Assembly: GCA_015066745.1 (NCBI GenBank)
Contig: SVNW01000009.1
Location: forward strand, 844-64,843
DNA: 64,000 bases
Direction of reading: 5' to 3'
Origin: Ruminococcus sp.
GTDB lineage: Bacteria; Bacillota; Clostridia; Oscillospirales; Ruminococcaceae
A program made the translations under genes and the position numbers. Below are positions 38,722 to 47,680 of this stretch, piece by piece. Every line of letters starts with the position of its first letter. Within the stretch, counting starts at the first letter, position 1. The notes beneath the pieces were generated by a model. The model did not search any database. It had not been told where the DNA came from and saw only the letters and a program-made list of their open reading frames with translations.

Positions 38722-38750
38722 TTGCATATAAATCAACTTTATAGTATAAT
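38722..38750 (+). promoter_or_regulatory. Sigma-A type promoter for asnB
   Basis: TTGCAT-N17-TATAAT. Confidence 0.5.
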
Positions 38751-38821
38751 TAATAGAGTATATGCAGATAACAATTCTGTTAAAAAAATTTTTTTATACT
38801 ATACACCGGAGGCATTTGTAT

Positions 38822-40708
38822 ATGTGCGGATATGCAGGTTTTACAAATTTTATAAGTGACGCCCAAAAAATAATAAAAGACATGACCGACAAAATAAAGC
38901 ATCGTGGTCCTGATGATGAAGGATACTATGTTGATGATGATATCGCACTCGGACACAGAAGACTGAGTATTATTGATATAGACAGCGGTAAACAGCCGAT
39001 GTATAACGAAGACAGTTCAATGGTTATTGTTTTTAACGGTGAAATATATAACTACAAATCAATCAGAGAAAAACTCATAGAAAAAGGTCATACTTTCAGA
39101 ACAAATTCTGATACTGAAGTTCTCATTCACGGATATGAGCAGTATGGAACACATATCCTTGATATGCTCAGAGGTATGTTTTCCTTTGTAATATGGGATA
39201 AAAATAAAAAAGAACTTTTTGGTGCAAGGGACTTTTTCGGTATAAAACCGCTCTACTACGCTTCTATGAATGAAACTTTCATGTTTGGTTCGGAAATAAA
39301 AAGTTTTCTTTCGCACCCTCATTTTAAAAAACAGCTAAATCAGAGAGCTCTTGAAAATTATATGACATTTCAGTATTCGCCTGAAAACGAAACATTTTTT
39401 AAAAATGTATTCAAACTTCCGCCCGCTCACTATTTTATAAAAAACAGCAACGGATTTGTATGTGAGCGTTACTGGGAAATAAATTTTGAAAGTGATGAAG
39501 ATACTGTTCTTTCGCAGTGGACTGAAAAAATATCAGATGTTATGAAAGACTCGGTTGAGGCTCATAAAATAAGTGATGTTGAAGTCGGAAGCTTTCTTTC
39601 GAGCGGAGTTGATTCAAGTTATGTTGCCGCTATTGCCGATGTAGACAAAACTTTTACAGTAGGATTTGGCAGTGATGAAAAATATAACGAAATAGGATGG
39701 GCAAAAAATTTTTCATCTGCTATAAGAAAACAAAATCACAGCAAAATAATTACACCCGAAGAATACTGGAGTAATTTTCCTAAGATACAATATCATATGG
39801 ACGAACCCCTCGCTGACCCTTCGGCTGTTGCTCTTTATTTTGTATGCAATATAGCTTCACAAAAACTAAAAGTTGTTCTGTCAGGAGAAGGCGCTGACGA
39901 AATATTTGGCGGATATAACGTCTACAGTGAGCCTAACAGTACATTCTATGACAAATTTCCGATTAGTATAAGACGTGGTATAGGAAATCTCTGTAGCAGA
40001 CTGCCTGCAAAGAGAGGGCTTAATTTCTTTGTACGAAAAGGAAAAACACTTGAAGAAAGATTTATCGGAAACGCATATATATTTACCCCCGAAGAAAGAA
40101 AATCCATTCTTAAAATAAGGACAGACGCACCTATGCCACAGGAAATAACAGCACCATTCTACAGCAAGGTAAAAAACAAAGATGATGTAACCAAAATGCA
40201 GTATCTTGACCTTCATATGTGGATGGCAGGCGATATTCTTCTCAAAGCCGATAAAATGAGCATGGCAAATTCCCTTGAACTGCGTGTTCCTTTTCTTGAT
40301 AAGGAAGTAATGAAAGTCGCTTCAGGGATACCGACAAGGTACAGAGTGACCAGAAAAGAAGTAACCGACAGCAAAACTCCTTATATAACAAAATATGCAA
40401 TGAGAACAGCGGCAAAAAAAGATACACCACCACAGACTGCTAAAACCGCTGCAAAGAAAAAACTCGGATTTCCTGTCCCTATCAGAGTATGGTTAAGAGA
40501 AGAAAAATATTATCAAATAGTAAAAGAAAAATTTACAAACAAAAATTCATCGCAGTTCTTCAATACAGAACTTCTTGTAAAATTGCTTGATGACCACAAA
40601 AATCAGATATGTGACAACAGCCGTAAAATATGGACTGTATTCACTTTTCTTATATGGTATGACATTTATTTTGACAATAATAGGGAGGTCTTAAAATGGC
40701 AAGCTTAG
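38822..40708 (+). CDS. asnB: Asparagine synthase (glutamine-hydrolysing)
   Basis: Start placed at MCGYAGF (Cys2 nucleophile; GGAGG RBS upstream). PP-loop SSGVDSS. About 628 aa. Confidence 0.9.
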   Translation: MCGYAGFTNFISDAQKIIKDMTDKIKHRGPDDEGYYVDDDIALGHRRLSIIDIDSGKQPMYNEDSSMVIVFNGEIYNYKSIREKLIEKGHTFRTNSDTEVLIHGYEQYGTHILDMLRGMFSFVIWDKNKKELFGARDFFGIKPLYYASMNETFMFGSEIKSFLSHPHFKKQLNQRALENYMTFQYSPENETFFKNVFKLPPAHYFIKNSNGFVCERYWEINFESDEDTVLSQWTEKISDVMKDSVEAHKISDVEVGSFLSSGVDSSYVAAIADVDKTFTVGFGSDEKYNEIGWAKNFSSAIRKQNHSKIITPEEYWSNFPKIQYHMDEPLADPSAVALYFVCNIASQKLKVVLSGEGADEIFGGYNVYSEPNSTFYDKFPISIRRGIGNLCSRLPAKRGLNFFVRKGKTLEERFIGNAYIFTPEERKSILKIRTDAPMPQEITAPFYSKVKNKDDVTKMQYLDLHMWMAGDILLKADKMSMANSLELRVPFLDKEVMKVASGIPTRYRVTRKEVTDSKTPYITKYAMRTAAKKDTPPQTAKTAAKKKLGFPVPIRVWLREEKYYQIVKEKFTNKNSSQFFNTELLVKLLDDHKNQICDNSRKIWTVFTFLIWYDIYFDNNREVLKWQA

Positions 40709-41364
40709 TAACTTACAAATATATCAAACAAAACCCGGCTATAATGACATATATCAGACGGGCTGACAAGGTGCTGGAAGCTATCGGTTATACAGAACAT
40801 TCATTTGCTCATGTAGAAAGAGTAGCTCAGACTGCAAGTATGATACTTTCAGAACTTAATTATCCCGAAAGACAAGTCGAACTTGTAAAAATAGCCGGAA
40901 TGATGCACGACATAGGAAATGTAATAAACAGGGCTGACCACGCACAGAGCGGTGCGGTAATGGCATTTCGCTTACTTGACAATCTCAGTATGCCTGCCGA
41001 AGAAATATGCTCGATAATCTCAGCTATAGGAAACCACGATGAAGGCACAGCCGCTCCTATTGATGAAATATCAGCAGCACTCATAATAGCTGACAAAACA
41101 GATGTAAGACGTTCAAGAGTAAGAAATCATGACCTTATTACTTTTGATATCCACGATCGTGTAAACTATGCTGTTGAAGAATCAAATGTATGCTTTAACG
41201 AAAACAAGACATCACTTATACTTGAACTGAAAATCGATACAAATATTTCATCTGTTATGGAATACTTTGAGATCTTCCTTCAAAGAATGATCCTCTGCAA
41301 AAAAGCAGCACAATTTTTCGGATTAAAATTTGAAATGATAATAAACGGAACAACTGTTCTGTAA
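40696..41364 (+). CDS. HD-domain phosphohydrolase
   Basis: 222 aa. H...HDIGN...HD motifs. Start overlaps the asnB stop by 13 nt. Confidence 0.7.
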   Translation: MASLVTYKYIKQNPAIMTYIRRADKVLEAIGYTEHSFAHVERVAQTASMILSELNYPERQVELVKIAGMMHDIGNVINRADHAQSGAVMAFRLLDNLSMPAEEICSIISAIGNHDEGTAAPIDEISAALIIADKTDVRRSRVRNHDLITFDIHDRVNYAVEESNVCFNENKTSLILELKIDTNISSVMEYFEIFLQRMILCKKAAQFFGLKFEMIINGTTVL

Positions 41365-41405
41365 ATATAATAAAACGCCATTTTTTTAAAGGAGCTAAAA
41401 AAAAT

Positions 41406-42485
41406 ATGACTTCTGAATATCAACATCTGATTGATCTGAACGATTACCCGGTTTCATGGTGGAACAAACTTATAACACTCGGAAAAGATATCTATCGTTA
41501 TCCCGAAAGATATAAGGGTGCTTGTAGCGGAAAGGTAATGGCAACACTTTTCTATGAGCCGTCAACACGTACACAGATGTCCTTCCAGACTGCAATGTTA
41601 AGACTCGGCGGTTCTCTCATCGGTTTTGACAATCCTTCCACTTCATCTGTATCAAAAGGTGAAAATCTCAAGGATACCACTAAGGTAGTAAGCAGTTACG
41701 CAGATATCATGGTAATACGCCACCCTGTTGAAGGTGCGGCAAAGGCTGCGGCAATTTCTGCTGAATGTCCTGTAATAAATGCAGGTGACGGCGGTCATCT
41801 TCACCCCACACAGACTCTTACCGATATGCTGACTCTTACACTTGAAAAAGGAACACTTGAAGGTCTTACAATAGGTCTTTGCGGTGACCTTATGAACGGA
41901 AGAACCGTACATTCACTCTGCAAAGCACTTTCATGCTATAAAAACAACAAGTTTGTCCTCATCTCTACAAAAGAACTGACACTTCCTTCATACATAAAGG
42001 ATATACTCAACGTTCACAATTGTGAGTATACAGAGATCTCATCACTTGAAGATGCTATTTCCAAACTTGACGTACTTTATATGACAAGAATACAGCGTGA
42101 AAGATTTGCAAGTGAAGAAGAATATCTGGCTCAGAAAAATGTATATGTCCTTGACAAGCAGAAAATGAAAAATGCAAGAAAAGATCTCATAGTGATGCAC
42201 CCTCTGCCAAGAGTTGACGAAATAGAGATCGATGTTGACGATGATGAACGTGCCCTCTACTTCAAACAGGCAAAATACGGCGTATATATCCGCATGGCGC
42301 TTATCTTAAAAATGCTTGAAAACAAAAATCCAAGCCCGGTTCTCAAAGGAACTACCCTCAAAGATATATGTTGCCACAATCCAAAATGCATATCAAACCG
42401 TGAGCTTTATCTCCCTAAGAGCTTTGTAAAATCAGGAGATATCGCAGAATGCGAATATTGTGATGAAAGAATTTTACTAAAATAA
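41406..42485 (+). CDS. pyrB: Aspartate carbamoyltransferase catalytic chain fused to a PyrI-type zinc domain
   Basis: 359 aa. STRTQMSF, HPTQ and HPLPR motifs. The extra ~50-aa C-terminus CCHNPKCISNRE...CEYCDERI resembles the 4-Cys zinc domain of PyrI. Confidence 0.85.
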   Translation: MTSEYQHLIDLNDYPVSWWNKLITLGKDIYRYPERYKGACSGKVMATLFYEPSTRTQMSFQTAMLRLGGSLIGFDNPSTSSVSKGENLKDTTKVVSSYADIMVIRHPVEGAAKAAAISAECPVINAGDGGHLHPTQTLTDMLTLTLEKGTLEGLTIGLCGDLMNGRTVHSLCKALSCYKNNKFVLISTKELTLPSYIKDILNVHNCEYTEISSLEDAISKLDVLYMTRIQRERFASEEEYLAQKNVYVLDKQKMKNARKDLIVMHPLPRVDEIEIDVDDDERALYFKQAKYGVYIRMALILKMLENKNPSPVLKGTTLKDICCHNPKCISNRELYLPKSFVKSGDIAECEYCDERILLK

Positions 42486-42486
42486 C

Positions 42487-42531
42487 AAAAATCCGATGAG
42501 TTCTTTACGCTCATCGGATTTTATTTTTTAA
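42487..42531. terminator. Bidirectional terminator hairpin, copy A of a 45-bp direct repeat
   Basis: AAAAATCCGATGAG-ttctttacg-CTCATCGGATTTTATTTTTT. Identical to 46171..46215 except for one base in the loop. Confidence 0.85.
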
Positions 42532-42538
42532 ATTAACA

Positions 42539-43207
42539 TCAGGAATTTATTTTACCGTCAGATACTTCAACAATTCTTTTGCAGCTTTTAGCAACTTCAG
42601 GATCATGAGTAACGATTATTATTGTTTTTCCAAGTTCATTAAGCATAGAAAACAGCTTTATTATCTCTGCACTGTTTTCTGTATCAAGTGCACCTGTAGG
42701 TTCATCTGCAAAAATTACAGAAGGATCATTTACGATAGCTCTGGCAATCGCAACACGTTGTTTCTGACCACCGGACAAAAATTTTACAGGTTTATTTAAC
42801 ATAGAATGCATATCTACTTTTTTTAATGCTTCTTTGGCGAGTTCTTTTTTGTTGTTTTTCTTTTCAAGTGAAAGATTTAGCGGAAGAAGTACATTTTCAA
42901 TAACGCTGAAATCTTCAATCAATGCAAAATCCTGCATAACAATACCTATCTTTTTATTTCTTATTTCGGCAAGTTTTTTTTCTGAAAAATCTTTTATAAG
43001 AGTATCGTCTATAAAGTATCTGCCATCTTCATAAGAATCTATACAAGCCATAACATGAAGTAATGTAGACTTTCCAGCACCGGACTTGCCTATTAAAGCA
43101 ATCATTTCTCCATCTTCGACTTCAAGATTTACGCCTTCAAGTGCCGTAAACTCATTCACTTTACCTGCATTATATACTTTTTTTATATTTTCTAATTTTA
43201 ACATCAT
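42539..43207 (-). CDS. ABC transporter ATP-binding protein (MacB/LolD-like)
   Basis: 222 aa. GKSGAGKST, LSGGQKQR and IFADEPTGALD motifs. Confidence 0.9.
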   Translation of the reverse strand: MMLKLENIKKVYNAGKVNEFTALEGVNLEVEDGEMIALIGKSGAGKSTLLHVMACIDSYEDGRYFIDDTLIKDFSEKKLAEIRNKKIGIVMQDFALIEDFSVIENVLLPLNLSLEKKNNKKELAKEALKKVDMHSMLNKPVKFLSGGQKQRVAIARAIVNDPSVIFADEPTGALDTENSAEIIKLFSMLNELGKTIIIVTHDPEVAKSCKRIVEVSDGKINS

Positions 43208-44385
43208 TATCCTCCATGATTTGCTTTAAACACCTGAACAGGACTTGTTCTGTTTATTATTATTCGTAACATAATTGCTGATAAAATAAGGTTCAATCCA
43301 ATAATAACAGTGATGATTAAATACGTATAAAAATTTATTGTAATAAAAAACATGTTATTTATATTTGTAGAATATAATATTTTTATTGCAATCACAACTA
43401 ATATAACAGAAACTAACGATGTTATCAAAGTCCTTACAAGATTAAAATGCGTACATCTTCTCCATTGTGCACCGCACATATACATTATCGAATAATCACG
43501 TAACTGTTTTTTTACTGCTAAAACCGAATTACTTATTGTAGTTATAAAACATAACAATAATAGTGAAATTAATATCGGTACTAAAGTTGACAAATCTTTT
43601 CTCATCACCTTTTTACTCTGTGTTGATATATCTCTCATATCCTGAACTTTCAGACACCCAAGCGAATATAACTTTTCTTCATTCATAAGTATTTCTTCTT
43701 CTGTAATACTTTCATTATAACGTATAAGCGTCTGATATCCAAGTACTTTATAATAATCACCTTTTGATAAAATCATCATCGGTCTTTCTTCAAATTCATG
43801 ATTATATGCATAATAAAAATCTTTATACGAATATTCACCGTTTTGCTTGCTTGTAAAATATCCGGGTATAGGTGTATTTTGTTTTAATATCCCTACTATT
43901 TTGTATTTACTTTCACCATAATCATCTATAATTGTAAGTTCATCTCCTACACTCAGATTATAATTATTTTGGGTTATAACAGCTTCGTTAACACTTTCTT
44001 TAGTAAGCCATCTTCCGGAACTTAATACAGGCTGATAATTTTCAAATATTTCATCATCATATGTTATAGTCGAAAACTCATACTCTTTACACGACGCATA
44101 TGTCATATATGTTCCTACCATACTTTCTGATTTTATCAAACTTTCACTTACATACTGAGCAAAATCTTTACCAAAATCTATTCTGGACGAATCCCATACA
44201 CAAAACGCACCCTTATTTTCAAAATAATTTTTAAAAGGATAATAATTTCTTATTCTTGCATTTACCGTCGATACTGCCAACACAGCAAGAACCATTATAA
44301 CTGTAAGTTGTAGAACAAAACATATATTGATAAGCTTATTTTTTTTTATATCCGTAAAACATAATTTTAAAAACATCTCACTCAC
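43207..44385 (-). CDS. FtsX-family ABC permease
   Basis: 392 aa. TM1, about 220-aa exposed domain, then 3 C-terminal TMs. AGGGAG RBS. Overlaps both neighbours. Confidence 0.7.
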   Translation of the reverse strand: MSEMFLKLCFTDIKKNKLINICFVLQLTVIMVLAVLAVSTVNARIRNYYPFKNYFENKGAFCVWDSSRIDFGKDFAQYVSESLIKSESMVGTYMTYASCKEYEFSTITYDDEIFENYQPVLSSGRWLTKESVNEAVITQNNYNLSVGDELTIIDDYGESKYKIVGILKQNTPIPGYFTSKQNGEYSYKDFYYAYNHEFEERPMMILSKGDYYKVLGYQTLIRYNESITEEEILMNEEKLYSLGCLKVQDMRDISTQSKKVMRKDLSTLVPILISLLLLCFITTISNSVLAVKKQLRDYSIMYMCGAQWRRCTHFNLVRTLITSLVSVILVVIAIKILYSTNINNMFFITINFYTYLIITVIIGLNLILSAIMLRIIINRTSPVQVFKANHGG

Positions 44386-45529
44386 TCCCTGTCAGCATAG
44401 AATTTATAGGTTTGTTTACTTCTTTTACAATCGAAATCATTAAGATAATTATAAACAAAATGATATATAAAAAGAATATAAACAAATATACTTTCAGATT
44501 ATAGGCTTGTGAGATGTATTCGAATATATTTGAAAAAATATTTTTAACAAATATCTCATATACACAAGTTGATAATATATATACAGGCATTGTTATTAAT
44601 ATACATTCAGCTATATACATAACTACTGCCTTACAAACCGAGCATCCACACATTCTGAATACTGCAAGTGATTTTTTTCTTTTTATCAGTATATATTTAT
44701 ATAATACAGTAAAATTTATTGCTGCTATCGCCGATATGAAAAATGATATCAATATAAGATTATTATTTATCATTATTTCCCCTGAATCAGACATTTCAAA
44801 ATCATACTCTATAAGTCCGGTAGCTTTATTTACTATTTCTTTATATGCAGTTGATGTAAGTCCGTCATGTGGATATATATTCAATCCGATAATCTTTACA
44901 TCATCATCTACAGTTGTCAGCGGTATTTCAGGTGATTCTTCGATAGATTTATATCCTATAATTTTATATTCTTTGCCATCTACTACAACCGTTTCTTCAT
45001 CTTTTAACGCTCTTTTGGTTTCTTCGTTTATGTAATCTTTTATATCTCCGTCCGGAACCCCCATTATTACACGAGGCTGATCAGTTTCAATAAGTGCTAC
45101 CATCGCTCCGCTACTGTATTCCTCATCAGTCATAAATCTGCCGCCAAGAAGAATACCATGTTTTTTCCCGTTTTCTATTACAGTTTCATTAGTAATGAAT
45201 TTATCTCCATTCCTTCTGAAATGGAAAATAAACGGTTCTGTAAAAGGTTCTATTTTTCCATATGCAATAAATGATCTTATTTGTTCATCTGTCTTATCAC
45301 TTAAAGAAAAAATATACTCACATAATTTCTTTTTATTAAGTTCATCCGTACCTTTCCCAATTATCTCCATTGGTATATATTCAAAATCTTTTTTCTCCTG
45401 TTGAGAATTATAAAATATACCATACGAAAAATTCATTACAAAAGCTGAAACAAAAACCGTAAGAACCGTAATCAAAAATATCATCTTATCATTTTTAACA
45501 AAAGATAACATATTCTTTAATATATACAT
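44378..45529 (-). CDS. FtsX-family ABC permease
   Basis: Same topology as its neighbour. Start placed at MYILKNMLSF (GAGGAAAAC RBS) rather than the ORF-track start at 45565. Confidence 0.7.
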   Translation of the reverse strand: MYILKNMLSFVKNDKMIFLITVLTVFVSAFVMNFSYGIFYNSQQEKKDFEYIPMEIIGKGTDELNKKKLCEYIFSLSDKTDEQIRSFIAYGKIEPFTEPFIFHFRRNGDKFITNETVIENGKKHGILLGGRFMTDEEYSSGAMVALIETDQPRVIMGVPDGDIKDYINEETKRALKDEETVVVDGKEYKIIGYKSIEESPEIPLTTVDDDVKIIGLNIYPHDGLTSTAYKEIVNKATGLIEYDFEMSDSGEIMINNNLILISFFISAIAAINFTVLYKYILIKRKKSLAVFRMCGCSVCKAVVMYIAECILITMPVYILSTCVYEIFVKNIFSNIFEYISQAYNLKVYLFIFFLYIILFIIILMISIVKEVNKPINSMLTGSE

Positions 45530-45604
45530 GTTTTCCTCACTTTTATATTTTTTAGTATACAACACAAACCAGTACCCTTTTACGATACTGGTTTGCGTTA
45601 TTAA

Positions 45605-46000
45605 TTATCTTTCTGCGTAAACATTTGCCTCCGGAGCACTGTATGGCGAACTTGAAGTATACAAAGTTGCAGATGCTTTCGCATGTGAACCACCGGATAT
45701 ATTGGCAAAAATTGCAGTATCTCCGCCTGACTGAAGATATTTGCTGTCACCGGTATGATTTATATACTGCCATTCTGCATTTAAAACAGTTGCGTTACAC
45801 ACTGCGTACTTACGTGCACTGCCCCAATAAGTAACTTCTGAAGAGGAGCTGTTGCCATATGACACCGCTACAAGATGACACTGGTTACCTTCATAAATTT
45901 CAGCAGGAGCTGCTGCATTAGCAGAAAAAGTTACTGAACCTAAAACCGTAGCACAAGCCAATACTGACAAGATTCTTTTTTTCATTCTCATAATAGACAT
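45605..46000 (-). CDS. Secreted small protein of unknown function (candidate bacteriocin-like product of the cassette)
   Basis: 131 aa. Signal peptide ...VTFSANA|AAP. About 100-aa Ser/Ala/Tyr-rich mature part with 2 Cys. First gene of the ABC operon. Confidence 0.5.
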   Translation of the reverse strand: MSIMRMKKRILSVLACATVLGSVTFSANAAAPAEIYEGNQCHLVAVSYGNSSSSEVTYWGSARKYAVCNATVLNAEWQYINHTGDSKYLQSGGDTAIFANISGGSHAKASATLYTSSSPYSAPEANVYAER

Positions 46001-46073
46001 CCGTTTTTGTTTTTCTTAAACTTCCTTTTTAAATGAATTCATTTAATTTAACAATAAATATATTTATATTAAT

Positions 46074-46104
46074 ATTATATCAAAAAAAAAAAAAAAAAAA
46101 TCAA
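46074..46104 (-). promoter_or_regulatory. Candidate promoter with a T19 homopolymer as spacer
   Basis: Minus strand TTGATT(T17)GA-TATAAT, with TGA giving an extended -10. The A19 run on the plus strand is 46082..46100, 82-100 nt upstream of the 131-aa ORF. Confidence 0.5.
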
Positions 46105-46170
46105 TATGCATATCAACTAATATTTAAACAAAAAAACTATTTAAAAGAACAACAATTCTTGTATAATATT

Positions 46171-46215
46171 AAAAATCCGATGAGTTTTTTACGCTCATCG
46201 GATTTTATTTTTTAA
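46171..46215. terminator. Bidirectional terminator hairpin, copy B of the 45-bp direct repeat
   Basis: AAAAATCCGATGAG-ttttttacg-CTCATCGGATTTTATTTTTT. Lies just downstream of the 85-aa gene. Confidence 0.85.
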
Positions 46216-46226
46216 TATTATTTAAA

Positions 46227-46484
46227 TTAGTCCTTAGACATAAATCCGGCTGCCATATCCTTTACTTTTGACATATCCAGATCATCAGGGATCATATCCT
46301 TTAACTTTGACATATCCATATCTTTAAGCATTGACATATCAAAACCATCAGGGAGCATGTCCTTTATCTTTGACAAATCAAGCTTTGACAAATCAAAATC
46401 ATCAGGGAGCATATCCTTTATCTTTGAAATATCAAGATCGTCTCCCTTGCCTTTGAGCATTCCTGCGATATCATTAAAATCCAT
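46227..46484 (-). CDS. Small acidic repeat protein (D-[LM]-S-K-[IL]-K-D-M-[LI]-P-D repeats)
   Basis: 85 aa with no signal peptide. Five or six degenerate ~11-14-aa repeats, also visible at the DNA level. Confidence 0.5.
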   Translation of the reverse strand: MDFNDIAGMLKGKGDDLDISKIKDMLPDDFDLSKLDLSKIKDMLPDGFDMSMLKDMDMSKLKDMIPDDLDMSKVKDMAAGFMSKD

Positions 46485-46570
46485 TGATAATCACCTTTAC
46501 CTTTCGGAGTAATTTTTAAATTTTAATTAATTATAACATATTTTCCGTCAAAAAACAAGGGATTTTTAGA

Positions 46571-47296
46571 TTAATTATAAACTACATTTATATCTAAAAG
46601 GTCTGCATTCTTAAAATCATCTTTTGAGGCAATTGCATACATTATCCAGTTTCCGATATCACATGTATATGTTCCCGGCTTGTATACCTCAACATTCATT
46701 GTTACTTTTCCTTTCTGGTCAATCTCAAATGATGTGATGGTATCTCTGATACTGCCTGACTGGTAGTTGATTTTGGTATGCAGGAAGATAATATTATCTT
46801 CAAAAAAGTTCTCACTCTCATTTACTCTTGTTGCGAGTCCTTCAAGATATCCATCTGATTTTCCGGCATATTCATCAAATTTTTCTTTAGAATCAATTAC
46901 CACACCTTCAAAACTGATTTCATTGATAGCCATACGAATTGATTCAAATTCAAACATATCTGCTGATATAACCTGATTTGAATTTGTATCATCAGCTTTT
47001 CCGAGCACAACATTTTCTTTGTTTATATACTGCTTAAAATGAGCCAAATCTGCAATATTTACCTTCCCATCGTACATCACATCTGCGAGAGCAACCTGTT
47101 CATCAGTAAAGTCCTGATCTCCTACCAGATGTAATGACAACAACGACAAATCTGTAAGATCACGAGCACCATCACCATTGATATCACCGTACATCAACTG
47201 CTGAGTTTTTGTTTCCTCTGCTTCTACCATAAACATATTTGCCACTGAAGCACACATAACACATGCACATACCACACCTATAACTTTTTTCAACAT
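46571..47296 (-). CDS. Secreted dockerin-containing protein
   Basis: 241 aa. Signal peptide, then a type-I dockerin pair GDINGDGARDLTDLSLLSLHL / DVMYDGKVNIADLAHFKQYI, then an unknown C-terminal domain. Confidence 0.75.
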   Translation of the reverse strand: MLKKVIGVVCACVMCASVANMFMVEAEETKTQQLMYGDINGDGARDLTDLSLLSLHLVGDQDFTDEQVALADVMYDGKVNIADLAHFKQYINKENVVLGKADDTNSNQVISADMFEFESIRMAINEISFEGVVIDSKEKFDEYAGKSDGYLEGLATRVNESENFFEDNIIFLHTKINYQSGSIRDTITSFEIDQKGKVTMNVEVYKPGTYTCDIGNWIMYAIASKDDFKNADLLDINVVYN

Positions 47297-47334
47297 AATA
47301 AGTTCCTCCTTTAGAGCATTAAAAAATTTGTTTT

Positions 47335-47610
47335 CATAAATAATACTTTTCTTCTTTAAAAAAAGCTACAATATTTTTTATTTTCTCAAAAAAATATATA
47401 ATAAGCATTTTCAGGCTTTTTTATATCCATAAAATCAGCCTTCATAAATAATACTTTTCTTCTTTTAAAAAAGCTACAATATTTTTTATTTTTTCAAAAA
47501 ATATATAACAAGCATTTTCAGGCTTTTTTATATCCATAAAATCAACCTTCATAAATAATACTTTTCTTCCTTTAAAAAAGCTACAATATTTTTTAATTTT
47601 TTATTTATGA
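47335..47610. repeat. Tandem array, about 2.6 copies of a 107-108-bp AT-rich unit
   Basis: Units start at 47335, 47443 and 47550 (CATAAATAATACTTTTCTTC...), with a few substitutions and 1-nt homopolymer differences. Confidence 0.9.
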
Positions 47611-47680
47611 TAGTAAAAAACCGATACCATAACTAATTATGATACCGGTTTTTTATATTTACAAATTAGCTTATTTTATA

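Larger units (their letters stand above)
42532..46170. mobile_element. Putative inserted 3.6-kb cassette bounded by the duplicated 45-bp terminator (no recombinase seen)
   Basis: Direct repeats at both ends. A four-gene minus-strand operon with overlapping junctions lies between convergent pyrB and the 85-aa gene. Confidence 0.5.
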
